In this document: positions 46,092 through 57,091 of the stretch, piece by piece | Layout of the letters: each line of letters opens with the position of its first letter | Position numbering within the stretch: position 1 is the stretch's first letter | Assembly: GCA_951812945.1 (NCBI GenBank) | Contig: CATOTB010000001.1 | Location: forward strand, 393,976-457,975 | Direction of reading: 5' to 3' | DNA: 64,000 nt | Source of the DNA: Candidatus Dadabacteria bacterium | GTDB lineage: Bacteria; Desulfobacterota_D; UBA1144; Nemesobacterales; Nemesobacteraceae | Position numbers and translations under genes: made by a program | The notes under the pieces: generated by a model | The model's input: only the letters and a program-made list of their open reading frames with translations | What the model was told of the DNA's origin: nothing | Database searches by the model: none

Positions 46092-47396
46092 TTAAAAGGA
46101 GACTCCATATCTGTAGCGCTTCGACATGTTCATTCTGTCTTCGCAGATCTTTATCTTTTTGGAATAGAAGGCTTTTTCGAAAGATCCTTCGGCAAGGCCG
46201 ATTGCGCGGTTGAAATTCGATATCGCGTCTTCATAACTGTGAAGCTGAAAATGAAGATTCCCGAGAGTCGAATACAGAAGGTCGTGCGACGAGAGATCCT
46301 CAACCTTGCGTATTCCCCTTATGGCCTCAAGACCTTCATGCGGTCCCCGGGTTTTGGAAATGGCTATTGCTTTTTGAAGCTCCACGAGCGGACAGTAGTT
46401 GCACGCCAGATACTTGTCGTAAAGGGAGATGATATGGTCCCAGTTCGTGTCCCCGTATTTTTTCGCCAGGGAGTGCACGGCGTCGACGCCGGCCTTTAGG
46501 TGAATCTCCGTAACCTCTTCTCCTTGCTCGGCTGAAAGGGCAAGGTGCTCGAATCCTCTTTTGATCATGTTCCTGTCCCAGAGTTCCCTGTTCTGTTCTT
46601 TTATCCCAAGCGGTTTTCCGGCGCCGTCGTTCATAGTGCGGAGCCTTGAGGCGTTTAGCAGCATGAAGGATACAAGGGCGTGAACCCTCGGTTTTTCCGT
46701 TGCCGAGAAATCAAGCAGCATTTCGCCCAGCCTTATTGCGGAAAAGCATAGAGAAGCGACGGGAGGAGTCCCTTTTTGCAGACCGTTTTGGCCGAGACTG
46801 AAAATCTCGTAAATGTTCTTGGTTACCACCCCAAGATTTTTCTCCGCTTCGGCCCGCGTCAGCTGAACGGCTTCTTCGTTTATCTTCTTTTTTTCAGAAG
46901 CGAGCTGCTCTTCGAGAGCTTTTTCGTTTTTCTCAAGTATTCTCGCGAGGGATGAACTCGAAAACCCGCAGAGGACGTTCAGTACGAGGTATTTCTGAAG
47001 GGAGCTTTCAATCCGGGGGTCGCACAGAGCGAAAAGCAGCTCGACCCGGTTCTTTGCCACTTCTTCTTTTTCCGGAAAGGGAAGGTGAAATCCCGATACG
47101 TCGATTCTTTTCTCTTTCTCGTTTGCCTTGGAGAGGTAGTTTATTTTCCTGCAGAAAAGCTTGTTTGAGTTCTCCGTTACGTCAGCCCACACCGCACCTT
47201 GGGGATCCTGGGGAATTCCGTCTTTCCCCCACCTGGTCCTCATCTTTTCAAAAGAGTTGGCGCACACCCTCTGCACGTGCTCAAGGCTCTCGTAGCCGAA
47301 AACCTTCACAAGAGTGGAAACGATCGAACCGTAATCATTTATGAGCTGTTTTGTAATCTGCCTGTTTACTTCAGGCCGGTTGTACTTTATTCCCAA
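46092..47396 (-). CDS. Putative ECF-type RNA polymerase sigma factor with C-terminal TPR-like domain (COG4941/DUF6596-type)
   Basis: N-terminal sigma region-2-like GIPQDPQGAVWADVTENSNKLFCRK plus a C-terminal TPR-like helical domain. Confidence 0.45.
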   Translation of the reverse strand: MGIKYNRPEVNRQITKQLINDYGSIVSTLVKVFGYESLEHVQRVCANSFEKMRTRWGKDGIPQDPQGAVWADVTENSNKLFCRKINYLSKANEKEKRIDVSGFHLPFPEKEEVAKNRVELLFALCDPRIESSLQKYLVLNVLCGFSSSSLARILEKNEKALEEQLASEKKKINEEAVQLTRAEAEKNLGVVTKNIYEIFSLGQNGLQKGTPPVASLCFSAIRLGEMLLDFSATEKPRVHALVSFMLLNASRLRTMNDGAGKPLGIKEQNRELWDRNMIKRGFEHLALSAEQGEEVTEIHLKAGVDAVHSLAKKYGDTNWDHIISLYDKYLACNYCPLVELQKAIAISKTRGPHEGLEAIRGIRKVEDLSSHDLLYSTLGNLHFQLHSYEDAISNFNRAIGLAEGSFEKAFYSKKIKICEDRMNMSKRYRYGVSF

Positions 47397-47574
47397 CTGT
47401 CTGCTTCCTTTCCCCTGATTCTGGAGAACACCTTAATCTACAAACCGACTAAAATACATGCCGGAGCCTGAAAGTAAAGACTGCTGGAATTTTTGCCTGA
47501 AGAACCCGGAAATATCGAGACGGTTCCCTCCTGAGAAAAATTACCTGGCAGGGGAGAAACCGCTTTGTTTTTGT

Positions 47575-48069
47575 TTATTCGCCCTCCCTTACGGCGAGTT
47601 CCCTGTCGAGAATCAGAAGCGCCGCCGGGTTGTCCTCGGCGAGTTTCAGCTGCTCAACGACCTCTTCGGCACTTTTTTCCTCCTCGACCTGCTCTTCTAT
47701 GAACCAGTGGAGCATTACCAGAGTCGCCTGATCGTTCTTCGAGGTGGCAAGATCGTAAATATTGTTTATCATCCCCGTAACCTCCCTTTCATGCTCAAGA
47801 ACCTCCTCGAACATCTCAAGAAACGTTCCGAACTCAGAAGCGGGCTGCTCTATCGAATCAAGAACCACCCTGCCACCCCTGTCGAGCAGGTAATCGAAAA
47901 ACTTCATTGCGTGCACAAGCTCCTCTTCGCTCTGGTTGCGAAGCCAGCTCGCAAAACCCGAAAAGTTTCTGGATTCGCAGTAGGCAGACATTGAAAGATA
48001 GAGATAGGATGAATAGTACTCGTTTCTTATTTGCGTATTTAAGGCGTCCTGTATGTCGTTGTCAATCAT
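47575..48069 (-). CDS. ftn: Bacterial non-heme ferritin
   Basis: Ferroxidase centre residues in NEYYSSYLYLSMSAY, EEELVHA, and FLEMFEEVLEHEREV. Confidence 0.85.
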   Translation of the reverse strand: MIDNDIQDALNTQIRNEYYSSYLYLSMSAYCESRNFSGFASWLRNQSEEELVHAMKFFDYLLDRGGRVVLDSIEQPASEFGTFLEMFEEVLEHEREVTGMINNIYDLATSKNDQATLVMLHWFIEEQVEEEKSAEEVVEQLKLAEDNPAALLILDRELAVREGE

Positions 48070-48272
48070 TTTGATTCCTCCTTGGTTTTGTGTTTTGGAT
48101 TATAAAAATAACCAGTTTGTTAAAAATTACTACTAAATGGTAATAATTTCCAACAAGTGCTTTTCCTCTGGATTATGCCTAACTCTTGGACATGCTGTAT
48201 AATAGTAGGGTTGTAAATACAAGAGTCTGTATTATATACTCTAAATAAGCTTGTGTATTAGAGGAGGAGAAA

Positions 48273-50684
48273 ATGTCAGATTCCGTAAACGTTAACGAGA
48301 AAGTTCTTCCACTCCTTCCACTCCGCGACGTAGTTATCTACCCCTACATGTTGGCTCCGCTTTTCGTGGGCAGGGAAAAATCCATCAAGGCTCTTGAAGA
48401 GGCGGCGAAGGGCAACAAGGAAATATTTCTTTCGGCGCAGAAAGACGCCAAAGTAAACGAACCCGGAAACGAGGACATGTACAAAATCGGGACCATCGGA
48501 ACCATAGTTCAGATGCTCAGGCTTCCCGACGGCACGGTGAAAGTTCTTGTTGAGGGCAAAAAAAGGGCATCCATATCGGGCTTCGTTCCCCACAAGGACA
48601 TGTTCGTCGTAGAGGTAAAGGAGATAGAGGAGCCTTCGGGAGAGAGTGTGGAGGTCGAGGCGCTCATGCGCTCGGCGACCAAGCTTTTCGAGGATTACGT
48701 CAAGCTCAACACCAAGATCCCCTCGGAGACTCTCGTCACTTTCATGTCCATTGACGAGCCGGGCAAGCTAGGCGACACGGTCGCTTCGCATCTTAGCATG
48801 AAACTTTCGGACAAACAGGAGATTCTGGAGGTAATCGATCCGCTCGAGAGGCTTGAGAAACTCTGCGAGAAGATGCAGTCGGAGCTTGAGATACTCCAGA
48901 TGGAAAAGCGGATAGGAAAAAGGGTCAAAAAGCAGATGGAAAAGGCCCAGAGGGAGTACTACCTGAACGAACAGATGAAGGCCATCCAGAAGGAACTCGG
49001 CACGAGCGATGACCTTAAAAGCGAAATAGACGAATTTGAGGAGAAATTGAAGGAAAAAGAACTTCCCGAGGACGTGGAGCAGCGGGTTAAGAGGGAGATA
49101 GGCAAGCTTCGCATGATGTCCTCCATGTCGGCCGAGGCGACGGTGGTGAGAAACTATATCGACTGGCTTCTGGATCTGCCGTGGATAAAGGAGAAGACCG
49201 AAGACCGCCTCGATCTCAAGGAAGCCGCGGAAATTCTTGACGAGGATCACTACGGCCTTGAGAAACCCAAGGAGAGGATACTTGAATATCTCGCGGTGCG
49301 CGTTCTCACAGAGAAGCTCAAGGGACCGATACTTTGCTTCGTCGGACCTCCGGGGGTCGGAAAGACTTCTTTGGCCAAGTCCATAGCTCGCGCCATGGGC
49401 CGCAAGTTTGTCAGGACATCTCTCGGTGGAGTTAGGGACGAGGCTGAGATAAGGGGGCACAGGAGAACCTACATAGGAGCTCTTCCCGGAAAGATAATAC
49501 AGGGAATGAAAAAGGCCGGAACCGTAAACCCGGTTTTTCTCCTTGACGAGATCGACAAGCTGGGAATGGATTTCAGGGGAGATCCGGCTTCCGCGCTTCT
49601 CGAGGCCCTGGACCCCGAGCAGAACTCAAGCTTCAACGATCATTACATCGAGGCTGACTACGACCTGTCAAAGGTAATGTTCATAATGACGGCCAACATT
49701 TTGCACACGATTCCCTGGGCGCTTCAGGACCGCATGGAGATAATCCGTCTTCCGGGCTACACTGAGCAGGAAAAAGTCCAGATAGCCAGAAAGTTTCTTA
49801 TAGAGAAGCAGCAGGAAAACCACGGTCTCAAGGAGCACAAGGTGTCCATAAAGAACGAGGCTCTTCAGCAGATCATAAGAAGGTACACGAAGGAAAGCGG
49901 TGTGAGGAACCTTGAGAGGGAAATAGCGGCGCTTTGCAGGAAAGTGGCAAGGGAGATCGTTGAGAATAAAAAAACCAAGGGCGTCAACATTACCGCCAAG
50001 AGCCTTAACAAGTATCTCGGTACTCCCAAGTACGAGTATGGAGAGATTGAGCAGACCGATCAGGTAGGAGCCGCCACGGGACTTGCGTGGACCGAACTCG
50101 GAGGAGAGCTTCTGACGATAGAGGTCTCGATCGTTCCCGGCAAGGGGAATTTCACCGTTACCGGCAAGCTCGGGGAGGTGATGCAGGAGTCCGCGCGCGC
50201 GGCGATGAGCTACGTAAGGAGCAGGGCGCAGCGCCTGGGGCTTGAAAGGCTTTTCTATCAGAACGTGGATATACACATTCACGTTCCCGAGGGGGCTACT
50301 CCGAAGGACGGACCGAGTGCCGGCATAGCGATAGCCAGTGCCATAGCGAGCGCCATCACGAGAAAGCCCATAAACAGAGAAGTTGCCATGACGGGTGAGA
50401 TCACGCTTCGGGGAAGAGTGCTTACAATTGGAGGGCTCAAGGAGAAAATCCTCGCTGCTCACAGGGGCAGGGTTAAGGAAGTGCTTATTCCGATGGACAA
50501 CAAAAAAGACATTGAGGATATACCGGATAACGTGAGGAAAGAGGTGAAGATAACCACCGTGGAACATATGGACGAGGTGATCGGCAAGGTAATTCTCTCG
50601 GATGAGCCGGTGCTGAAAAACTTTGTTGTTCCCAAGGCCGGTTACGCTCTCGAGGCCGACCCGGTGCCGAAGAACATAAACTGA
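48273..50684 (+). CDS. lon: ATP-dependent Lon protease (endopeptidase La)
   Basis: LON N-domain; Walker [10 protein letters not shown]; protease domain [13 protein letters not shown] (catalytic Ser). Confidence 0.9.
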   Translation: MSDSVNVNEKVLPLLPLRDVVIYPYMLAPLFVGREKSIKALEEAAKGNKEIFLSAQKDAKVNEPGNEDMYKIGTIGTIVQMLRLPDGTVKVLVEGKKRASISGFVPHKDMFVVEVKEIEEPSGESVEVEALMRSATKLFEDYVKLNTKIPSETLVTFMSIDEPGKLGDTVASHLSMKLSDKQEILEVIDPLERLEKLCEKMQSELEILQMEKRIGKRVKKQMEKAQREYYLNEQMKAIQKELGTSDDLKSEIDEFEEKLKEKELPEDVEQRVKREIGKLRMMSSMSAEATVVRNYIDWLLDLPWIKEKTEDRLDLKEAAEILDEDHYGLEKPKERILEYLAVRVLTEKLKGPILCFVGPPGVGKTSLAKSIARAMGRKFVRTSLGGVRDEAEIRGHRRTYIGALPGKIIQGMKKAGTVNPVFLLDEIDKLGMDFRGDPASALLEALDPEQNSSFNDHYIEADYDLSKVMFIMTANILHTIPWALQDRMEIIRLPGYTEQEKVQIARKFLIEKQQENHGLKEHKVSIKNEALQQIIRRYTKESGVRNLEREIAALCRKVAREIVENKKTKGVNITAKSLNKYLGTPKYEYGEIEQTDQVGAATGLAWTELGGELLTIEVSIVPGKGNFTVTGKLGEVMQESARAAMSYVRSRAQRLGLERLFYQNVDIHIHVPEGATPKDGPSAGIAIASAIASAITRKPINREVAMTGEITLRGRVLTIGGLKEKILAAHRGRVKEVLIPMDNKKDIEDIPDNVRKEVKITTVEHMDEVIGKVILSDEPVLKNFVVPKAGYALEADPVPKNIN

Positions 50685-50710
50685 AAGTAAGAGTTATTCA
50701 GTGTTTTAAA

Positions 50711-50746
50711 AGCCCCGAGGCGGCCGTTGCCGCTTTGGGGCTTTTT
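50711..50746 (+). terminator. Rho-independent terminator downstream of lon
   Basis: The hairpin agccccgaggcgg-ccgtt-gccgctttggggct is followed by ttttt. Confidence 0.55.
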
Positions 50747-50766
50747 AGTTTAGGGAGACTCAAGAA

Positions 50767-51813
50767 GTGAAACCTGCAATAAAGGGAAGGGGGTCCCCGG
50801 AGAACCCGGCGGGAAGGTTCGAGCGGATCGATTTTGTCGCGGACGAGGATACACCCCCCGCCGAAGGTGTCCCTAGGACCGTTTACTACAGGGACCGGAC
50901 AAAAACAATAATCTCCTACAACCAGAGCCCCGACGTTTCATTTGACGCAAGCATCAATCCCTACAGAGGATGTGAGCACGGATGCGTTTACTGCTACGCG
51001 AGGCCCACGCACGAGTATCTGGGGCTTTCTGCGGGGCTTGATTTCGAAACGAAAATCTTCGTCAAGCAAAATGCCCCGGAGCTTTTAAGAAAGGAGCTTC
51101 GCTCGGCGAAGTGGGTTCCTAAGCCTATAGCGATGAGCGGGGTTACGGACTGCTATCAGCCGGCCGAGAAGCATTTCCGAATAACGAGAAAATGCCTCGA
51201 GGTTCTGCGGGAATTCCAAAACCCGGTCGGCATAGTAACCAAGAACTATCTCGTTACCCGTGATCTTGATATTCTCTCCGACATGGCCGCAATCGGCTGT
51301 GCAAGTGTTATAGTCTCCGTCACGACTCTTGACGGCGAGCTCTCAAGAAAGATGGAACCCCGGGCGTCGCAGCCCGAATACAGGCTTAAGACCATAGCCA
51401 GACTTGCGGATGCGGGCATTCCCGTTACCGTGCTCATAGCCCCCGTGATTCCGGGGCTCACGGATCACGAGATTCCGGCTATAATGAAGGAGGCTTCGGC
51501 CCGCGGGGCTGTAGACGCCGGTTATGTGATGCTCAGGCTTCCCTACGGCGTGGCCGACATCTTTTCTGCGTGGCTTGAGCGCCACTACCCCCATAGAAGA
51601 AAAAAAGTTCTCGGGCGAGTTGAGTCGATGAGGGACGGGACCCTTAACTCTTCTGAATACCGCATCCGTATGAAGGGCAAGGGAGTTTTCGCCGAGCAGA
51701 CCGAAAGGATTTTTCGGGTGGCTTACGGGAAATTCGGCTTTTCGGGGAGAAAGGTGCCTCTTGATGTTTCCCGTTTCAAAAGAGGCGGAACCGCTCAGCT
51801 TGAGCTTTTCTGA
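50767..51813 (+). CDS. Radical SAM protein (PA0069/SplB-like DNA repair photolyase family)
   Basis: INPYRGCEHGCVYCYARP (CxxxCxxC variant) and the overall family architecture. Confidence 0.65.
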   Translation: MKPAIKGRGSPENPAGRFERIDFVADEDTPPAEGVPRTVYYRDRTKTIISYNQSPDVSFDASINPYRGCEHGCVYCYARPTHEYLGLSAGLDFETKIFVKQNAPELLRKELRSAKWVPKPIAMSGVTDCYQPAEKHFRITRKCLEVLREFQNPVGIVTKNYLVTRDLDILSDMAAIGCASVIVSVTTLDGELSRKMEPRASQPEYRLKTIARLADAGIPVTVLIAPVIPGLTDHEIPAIMKEASARGAVDAGYVMLRLPYGVADIFSAWLERHYPHRRKKVLGRVESMRDGTLNSSEYRIRMKGKGVFAEQTERIFRVAYGKFGFSGRKVPLDVSRFKRGGTAQLELF

Positions 51814-51837
51814 TTCGCCGCCGTGAAAAATGGTGGT

Positions 51838-52455
51838 CTATCTCACCTCTTCAAGTTTTACAAGCAGTTCCTTTATTTCCTCTGACTTTATTTTCATGCT
51901 CACCTTGTTAACGACAAACTTAGCGCTTATTTCCGCTACCACTTCCACTATCTCAAGATCGTTTTTCCTCAGGGTTTCTCCCGAGGCCGTCAGGTCCACT
52001 ATCGCGTCGCAAAGGCCTATTATGGGTGCCAGTTCAACGGAACCGTAGAGTTTTATGACTTCCGCGCTTATGCCTTTTTTGTTGTAGAAGTCGCTTGCGA
52101 TTTTCGGATACTTGCTCGCGATCCGCAAAGACGCCTTGCCCGATTTCTCAAAGCCCCTCGGAGCGGCGACCACCATCTTGCATTTCCCTATTCTGAGGTC
52201 AAGAGGCTCGTAAAGATTGCAGTCCTGCTCCATAAGGGTGTCCTTGCCCACTATTCCGCAGTCCGCGGCGCCGTACTCGACATAGGAGGCGACATCTGTG
52301 GGTCTCACTATAAGCAGCCTGATTCCCTCCTCTTCGAACTCGAATATGAGCTTTCTCGAATCCCCGATTATCTCTGTTATGTCTATCGAGGCTCTTTTGA
52401 AGAGCTCAACGGTCTCCTCAAGCAGCCTTCCTCTGGGCGTCGCTATCGTTATCAC
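51838..52455 (-). CDS. hisG: ATP phosphoribosyltransferase (short form)
   Basis: MITIATPRGRL...DCGIVGKD..., about 205 aa HisGs. Confidence 0.85.
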   Translation of the reverse strand: MITIATPRGRLLEETVELFKRASIDITEIIGDSRKLIFEFEEEGIRLLIVRPTDVASYVEYGAADCGIVGKDTLMEQDCNLYEPLDLRIGKCKMVVAAPRGFEKSGKASLRIASKYPKIASDFYNKKGISAEVIKLYGSVELAPIIGLCDAIVDLTASGETLRKNDLEIVEVVAEISAKFVVNKVSMKIKSEEIKELLVKLEEVR

Positions 52456-53708
52456 TCTTTTTCCCTCCAGATGCTGGCTCCGACACAGCGAAGTTTTTCA
52501 TCAAGTTTTTCATATCCGCGGTCAAGATGATAGATCCTCGATACTTCCGTCCTGCCGGTGCCGCAGAGCCCGGCCAGTACGAGCGAGGCGCTTGCACGAA
52601 GGTCACTTGCCATAATGGGGGCCCCCTTCATCTTAGCCACTCCCCTTACTACGGCGCTGTTTCCCACAAGCTTGATGTCCGCGCCCATCCTTCGCAGTTC
52701 GGCGGTGTGCATGAACCTCTGTGGAAATATGTTCTCCGTAATCACGCTCATTCCGTCGGCAACGCACATGAGTATCATCATCTGGGCCTGCATGTCGGTC
52801 GGGAATCCCGGATAGGGAAGGGTGGAGAAATCTATGCTTCTTATCTCCCCCGAGCCCCGAACCCTTATGGAGTCCCCGTTTTTCTCTATTTCCGTTCCCG
52901 TCTGAAGCAGTTTTCCCGTGAGCGCCCCCAAGTGCTCGAACCTGCAGTCCTTTATCACGAGATCGCTTTCGTTAAGGGCGCCGGCTATCATCAGGGTCCC
53001 GGCCTCTATCCTGTCGGGCATCACCCTGTAGTCTCTAAGAGAACCGAGCGAGCTTACCCCGGTTATCGTTATTATATCTGTTCCGGCCCCTTCTATTTTT
53101 GCTCCCATGAGATTGAGCGCGTTCGCAAGATCCATCACTTCGGGTTCGCAGGCGGCGTTTAGGATGACGGTCTCTCCCTCGCAGACGCTTGCAAGCAGCA
53201 TTATGTTTTCGGTTCCAGTGACCGTCGAGAGATCGAAGGGGACGGTGGTTCCCTCAAGTTTTTTCGCCGAAGCACTCACGTAGCCGTCTTCAAGGCGCAC
53301 GGAAGCTCCCAGAATACGGAGTCCCTTTATATGCTGATCTATGGGTCTCTCCCCTATCGCGCATCCTCCAGGAAGCGAGACCTCTGCCTTCTTGAACCTG
53401 GCCACAAGCGGTCCGAGAACCAGAACCGAAGCTCTCATCGTCTTTACAAGATCGTAGGGAGCCTTGTAGCGGTCGATGGTGCTTGAGTCAACAAGCAGTT
53501 CTCCGTCTGCGTATTCGCATCTCGCGCCCAGCGTCTCAAGGAGTTCCATCATCGTCCGGACGTCCGCCAGATCCGGCACGTTGCGGATTGTGTTTTGCCC
53601 ATTGCTGAGTATGCAGGCGGCCATTATGGGAAGCACGGCGTTTTTCGCTCCGCCGACCGTTACCTCTCCGGAAAGTCTCTTTTTTCCTTCTATTACTATT
53701 TTTTCCAA
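52452..53708 (-). CDS. murA: UDP-N-acetylglucosamine 1-carboxyvinyltransferase
   Basis: GEVTVGGAKNAVLPIMAA; active-site Cys context ..GGCAIGERPID; 418 aa; 4-bp overlap with hisG. Confidence 0.9.
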   Translation of the reverse strand: MEKIVIEGKKRLSGEVTVGGAKNAVLPIMAACILSNGQNTIRNVPDLADVRTMMELLETLGARCEYADGELLVDSSTIDRYKAPYDLVKTMRASVLVLGPLVARFKKAEVSLPGGCAIGERPIDQHIKGLRILGASVRLEDGYVSASAKKLEGTTVPFDLSTVTGTENIMLLASVCEGETVILNAACEPEVMDLANALNLMGAKIEGAGTDIITITGVSSLGSLRDYRVMPDRIEAGTLMIAGALNESDLVIKDCRFEHLGALTGKLLQTGTEIEKNGDSIRVRGSGEIRSIDFSTLPYPGFPTDMQAQMMILMCVADGMSVITENIFPQRFMHTAELRRMGADIKLVGNSAVVRGVAKMKGAPIMASDLRASASLVLAGLCGTGRTEVSRIYHLDRGYEKLDEKLRCVGASIWREKE

Positions 53709-54583
53709 GTCGCTTTCACTACCCTTTTTACGCCGCCGATATCAGTTTGGAAGCGTATGTCTGAAAAACCATTCTCACTGACTATGCTCTCCACGTTCCG
53801 CGCCTGCCCGGCTCCGATCTCAAGGAGCAGAAAGCCTCCTTCACGGAGCGCTCTCCCCGCCGCAGCCGCTATTTTCCTTATGTACTCAAGCCCATCCTCT
53901 CCGCCGAGAAGTGCCGCGCGGGGCTCATGACGCCGTATCTGCGAGGAGAGTTCCGCGTATTCCGCTTCTGAGACGTAAGGCGGATTGGAAATTATCATGT
54001 CAAATGAAAATTTTGCAAAGCAGCCCAGAAGATCCGAGTTTACGAACCGTACGCGTGCTCCGTGTGTTCGGGCGTTTTCTTCCGCTACCCGTAGCGCCGC
54101 GGTGGATACGTCGGAGGCGAAAACCTCGCAGCCGCACGTCTCAAGAAAAACGGTCACGGCAAGACACCCGCTTCCCGTCCCGAGATCCAGGATGCGGGGG
54201 TTTTTCATTTGTTCCGCGGTTTCTATGGCGAGTTCCGCGAGCGTTTCGGTTTCCGGTCTCGGCACCAGAACGTCCGGGGTAACAGCAAAGAATCTCGAGT
54301 AGAATTCCCGCCTTCCGGTTACATATGCGAGGGGTTCTCCCGCGAGGCGTCGGCGAAGGAGTTCCTCGAACGCTTCGGTCCTCTCGGTGTCCACGCGTCT
54401 TTCCGGATGTGCGTAGATTTCCAGCGGGTCCACATTCAGGCTTTTTGCGAGTATAGCTTTTGTTTCGATGCCCGGGTATTCGAAACCGTTTTTCTCGAAG
54501 CTTTTTCTGCCTTTCAGGTAAAGTTTTCTGAGTTCCATTTGAGCTTGAAACGATGAGTGTATACGCAGAAGACGCGTTTTCAA
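53696..54583 (-). CDS. prmC: Release factor glutamine N5-methyltransferase PrmC (HemK)
   Basis: ILDLGTGSGCLAV and NPPY motifs. Confidence 0.85.
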   Translation of the reverse strand: MKTRLLRIHSSFQAQMELRKLYLKGRKSFEKNGFEYPGIETKAILAKSLNVDPLEIYAHPERRVDTERTEAFEELLRRRLAGEPLAYVTGRREFYSRFFAVTPDVLVPRPETETLAELAIETAEQMKNPRILDLGTGSGCLAVTVFLETCGCEVFASDVSTAALRVAEENARTHGARVRFVNSDLLGCFAKFSFDMIISNPPYVSEAEYAELSSQIRRHEPRAALLGGEDGLEYIRKIAAAAGRALREGGFLLLEIGAGQARNVESIVSENGFSDIRFQTDIGGVKRVVKATWKK

Positions 54584-54617
54584 GTTTCAGGTTCCCGCCC
54601 GGAGAGGTTTTTCTTGG

Positions 54618-55208
54618 ATGCTTAAAAACGGAAAATTCATTCTGGCGTCTTCTTCTCCGAGAAGACGGGAACTGCTCGCGAAGGTGGGTCTTGATTTCGA
54701 GGTGGTTCCGCCGCGGGTGCGCGAAAGCGCCTGGGAGGGGGAGACGCCGCTTGATTTCGCAAAGCGCATGGCTAGGGAAAAGGCGCTTAGCGTTTCAGGT
54801 GGTGTGCTGCAGGGGCGAGTAGTCGTGGGCAGCGACACGGTCGTCTCCGTTTCGGGAGAAATTCTTGGCAAGCCCCGCGATGAGGAAGACGCATTTTCGA
54901 TGCTGCAGAAACTCTCGGGGAAAACCCATGAAGTCATAACCGGCTTCTGCGTTGTAAGATCTCCCGACGAGGTTCTTTACCTTGATGCCACCCGTACCGA
55001 GGTGCGGATGAAGTCCCTTGATACCCAAGAGATGCGTCGGTACATTAAAACCGGGGAACCCATGGACAAGGCAGGTGCGTACGCCATTCAGGAAGCCGGA
55101 TCGTGTCTTGTTGAGTGGATAAGAGGTTCCTACACGGGTGTCGTCGGGCTTCCGCTTTTTGAACTGCTCTCCGTACTCTCTGATATAGGCATCGTGGAAT
55201 CCGGATGA
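54618..55208 (+). CDS. maf: Maf-like nucleoside triphosphate pyrophosphatase
   Basis: ILASSSPRRRELL; 196 aa. Confidence 0.85.
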   Translation: MLKNGKFILASSSPRRRELLAKVGLDFEVVPPRVRESAWEGETPLDFAKRMAREKALSVSGGVLQGRVVVGSDTVVSVSGEILGKPRDEEDAFSMLQKLSGKTHEVITGFCVVRSPDEVLYLDATRTEVRMKSLDTQEMRRYIKTGEPMDKAGAYAIQEAGSCLVEWIRGSYTGVVGLPLFELLSVLSDIGIVESG

Positions 55209-55894
55209 ACTTGAAGGGCAGAATAGACGGGGTAGAACGGAGAATTGGGGAAGCGTGCCGAAGGTCAGGGAGGAGCCGCGATGAGGTACGACTGGTTGCG
55301 GTCTCGAAGAAGTTTTCCGTTGAGGTGATTCTGGAGGCCAACCGGCTCGGGCTTTGTGATTTCGGGGAGAACTACGCCCAGGAGCTTCGCGACAAGCAGA
55401 GGGAGGTCGGAAACGGAGCGGACGGAATGTTGCGCTGGCACTTTGTCGGGGCTTTGCAGAGAAACAAGGTGAAGTACGTCGTGGGCAAGGCCGATCTTGT
55501 ACATGCGGTTGACAATCTGGCCCTTGTGGCGGAACTTGATAAAAGGGCCGCGGCTTCCGGAATCAGTGTCCGGGCTCTTGTGGAGATAAACAGCGGAGAG
55601 AAGAGCAAAAACGGGATTCGGGAGAGCGACCTTCGGGAGTTTCTCGAGAGCGCTTCCAGGTTCCAAAACGTTTCGCTTGAGGGACTCATGATAATGCCTC
55701 CTTACTTCGAGGATCCCGAGATGAGCAGACCGTGGTTTTCGGGACTCAGGGAGATGAGAGATAAGACAGCAGGGGAGTTTCCTGAAATACAGGAGCTTTC
55801 AATGGGTATGAGCAACGATTTCGAGGTGGCCATTGAAGAGGGGTCCACGATTCTCAGGGTCGGTTCGGCGATTTTCGGTCCGAGGCCCGAGTAA
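55205..55894 (+). CDS. yggS: YggS family pyridoxal phosphate homeostasis protein
   Basis: LVAVSKKF (PLP Lys) and the HFIG.LQ.NK motif (HFVGALQRNK). Confidence 0.85.
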   Translation: MNLKGRIDGVERRIGEACRRSGRSRDEVRLVAVSKKFSVEVILEANRLGLCDFGENYAQELRDKQREVGNGADGMLRWHFVGALQRNKVKYVVGKADLVHAVDNLALVAELDKRAAASGISVRALVEINSGEKSKNGIRESDLREFLESASRFQNVSLEGLMIMPPYFEDPEMSRPWFSGLREMRDKTAGEFPEIQELSMGMSNDFEVAIEEGSTILRVGSAIFGPRPE

Positions 55895-55896
55895 GT

Positions 55897-56718
55897 TTGA
55901 AAATGAAAAAAGCAGGTTTCATAGGAGCGGGGAACATGGCCGAGGCGATGATAAAAGGACTTCTTGCCTCGGGAAGTTTCAAGAAAAAAGACATAATTCT
56001 CTCAGACGTAAGCGCCGAGAGACTTTCTTACCTGTCGTCTCAGTACGGAGTAACAACGACCTCTGACAATAAAGAAACGGTAAAAACATCCGACATAGTG
56101 ATTTTCTCCGTAAAGCCTCAGGTAATCCCCGCGGTCTGCGGAGAGGTGCGAAATGTTGCTACCACTGACAAACTCTACGTGTCAATCGCGGCAGGGATCA
56201 GGCACTCTTTTATAAAAACGATTGTTGGCAGGGAGATAAGGCTTGCCCGGGTTATGCCAAATACCCCGAGCCTCGTGCTTGAGGGAGCCTCCTGCGTTTA
56301 TTTCGGGGATGGGTTCTCCGCGGAGGAGGAAGACATGGTTCTCGGAATCCTCGGGTCTTTGGGAAAAGCGTTTCGGGTTGAGAGCGAGGACCTTATGGAC
56401 GCCGTTACGGCTCTCTCCGGAAGCGGTCCGGCGTTCGTGTCGATTTTCATCGAAGCGCTTTGTGACGGCGCGGTCAAGATGGGGCTTTCAAGGGAACTTG
56501 CCACGGACCTTGCCGCGCAGACCGTTTTGGGTACCTCGAAAATGATTCAGGAGGGCATCGGGCATCCTGCCGAGATAAAAGATATGGTTACATCGCCCGG
56601 GGGAACTACGGCAAGCGGGATTCACTCACTTGAGCGGGGCGGTTTTAGGGCTGCGGTGATATCCGCTGTCGAAGCTGCGGCCAGACGTTCCGCGGAACTT
56701 TCAGAAGAGGAGGACTGA
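55897..56718 (+). CDS. proC: Pyrroline-5-carboxylate reductase
   Basis: Rossmann GFIGAGNMAEA; C-terminal dimerisation domain SPGGTT. Confidence 0.85.
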   Translation: MKMKKAGFIGAGNMAEAMIKGLLASGSFKKKDIILSDVSAERLSYLSSQYGVTTTSDNKETVKTSDIVIFSVKPQVIPAVCGEVRNVATTDKLYVSIAAGIRHSFIKTIVGREIRLARVMPNTPSLVLEGASCVYFGDGFSAEEEDMVLGILGSLGKAFRVESEDLMDAVTALSGSGPAFVSIFIEALCDGAVKMGLSRELATDLAAQTVLGTSKMIQEGIGHPAEIKDMVTSPGGTTASGIHSLERGGFRAAVISAVEAAARRSAELSEEED

Positions 56719-56719
56719 C

Positions 56720-57019
56720 ATGGAAATAGTAGGAGGAAATTTCTTGAGGGCCATAGCGGAGGTGGTGGATATACTCCTTAGCGTATACATATGGCTCATA
56801 GTGGGACGGGCGATACTTTCCTGGGTAAACCCCGACCCTTATAATCCGATAGTTAAGTTTCTTTACTCGGCCACGGAACCGGTTCTTGGCTTTGCCAGAA
56901 GATACATTCCTCCTATCGGGGGCTCGATAGACCTAAGCCCCATAGTGGTTCTGCTTCTGATAGTCTTCATAAAGCGCGCCGTCGTTAACTCTCTTTTCCA
57001 GATGGCGGCCGGATTGTAA
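56720..57019 (+). CDS. yggT: YggT family membrane protein
   Basis: 99 aa, two TM helices; conserved yggS-proC-yggT context. Confidence 0.75.
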   Translation: MEIVGGNFLRAIAEVVDILLSVYIWLIVGRAILSWVNPDPYNPIVKFLYSATEPVLGFARRYIPPIGGSIDLSPIVVLLLIVFIKRAVVNSLFQMAAGL

Positions 57020-57091
57020 TCACGTGAAGGGTTCTGGAAAGTGGAATCATAAGGCTGGAAACGATTTTTTGCCGAGGCCGCACCCATTCTA

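Noticed and set aside
49668-50567. 299-aa minus-strand ORF inside lon
   Set aside because: It is antisense to the highly conserved Lon protease domain and has no motifs, so it is spurious.
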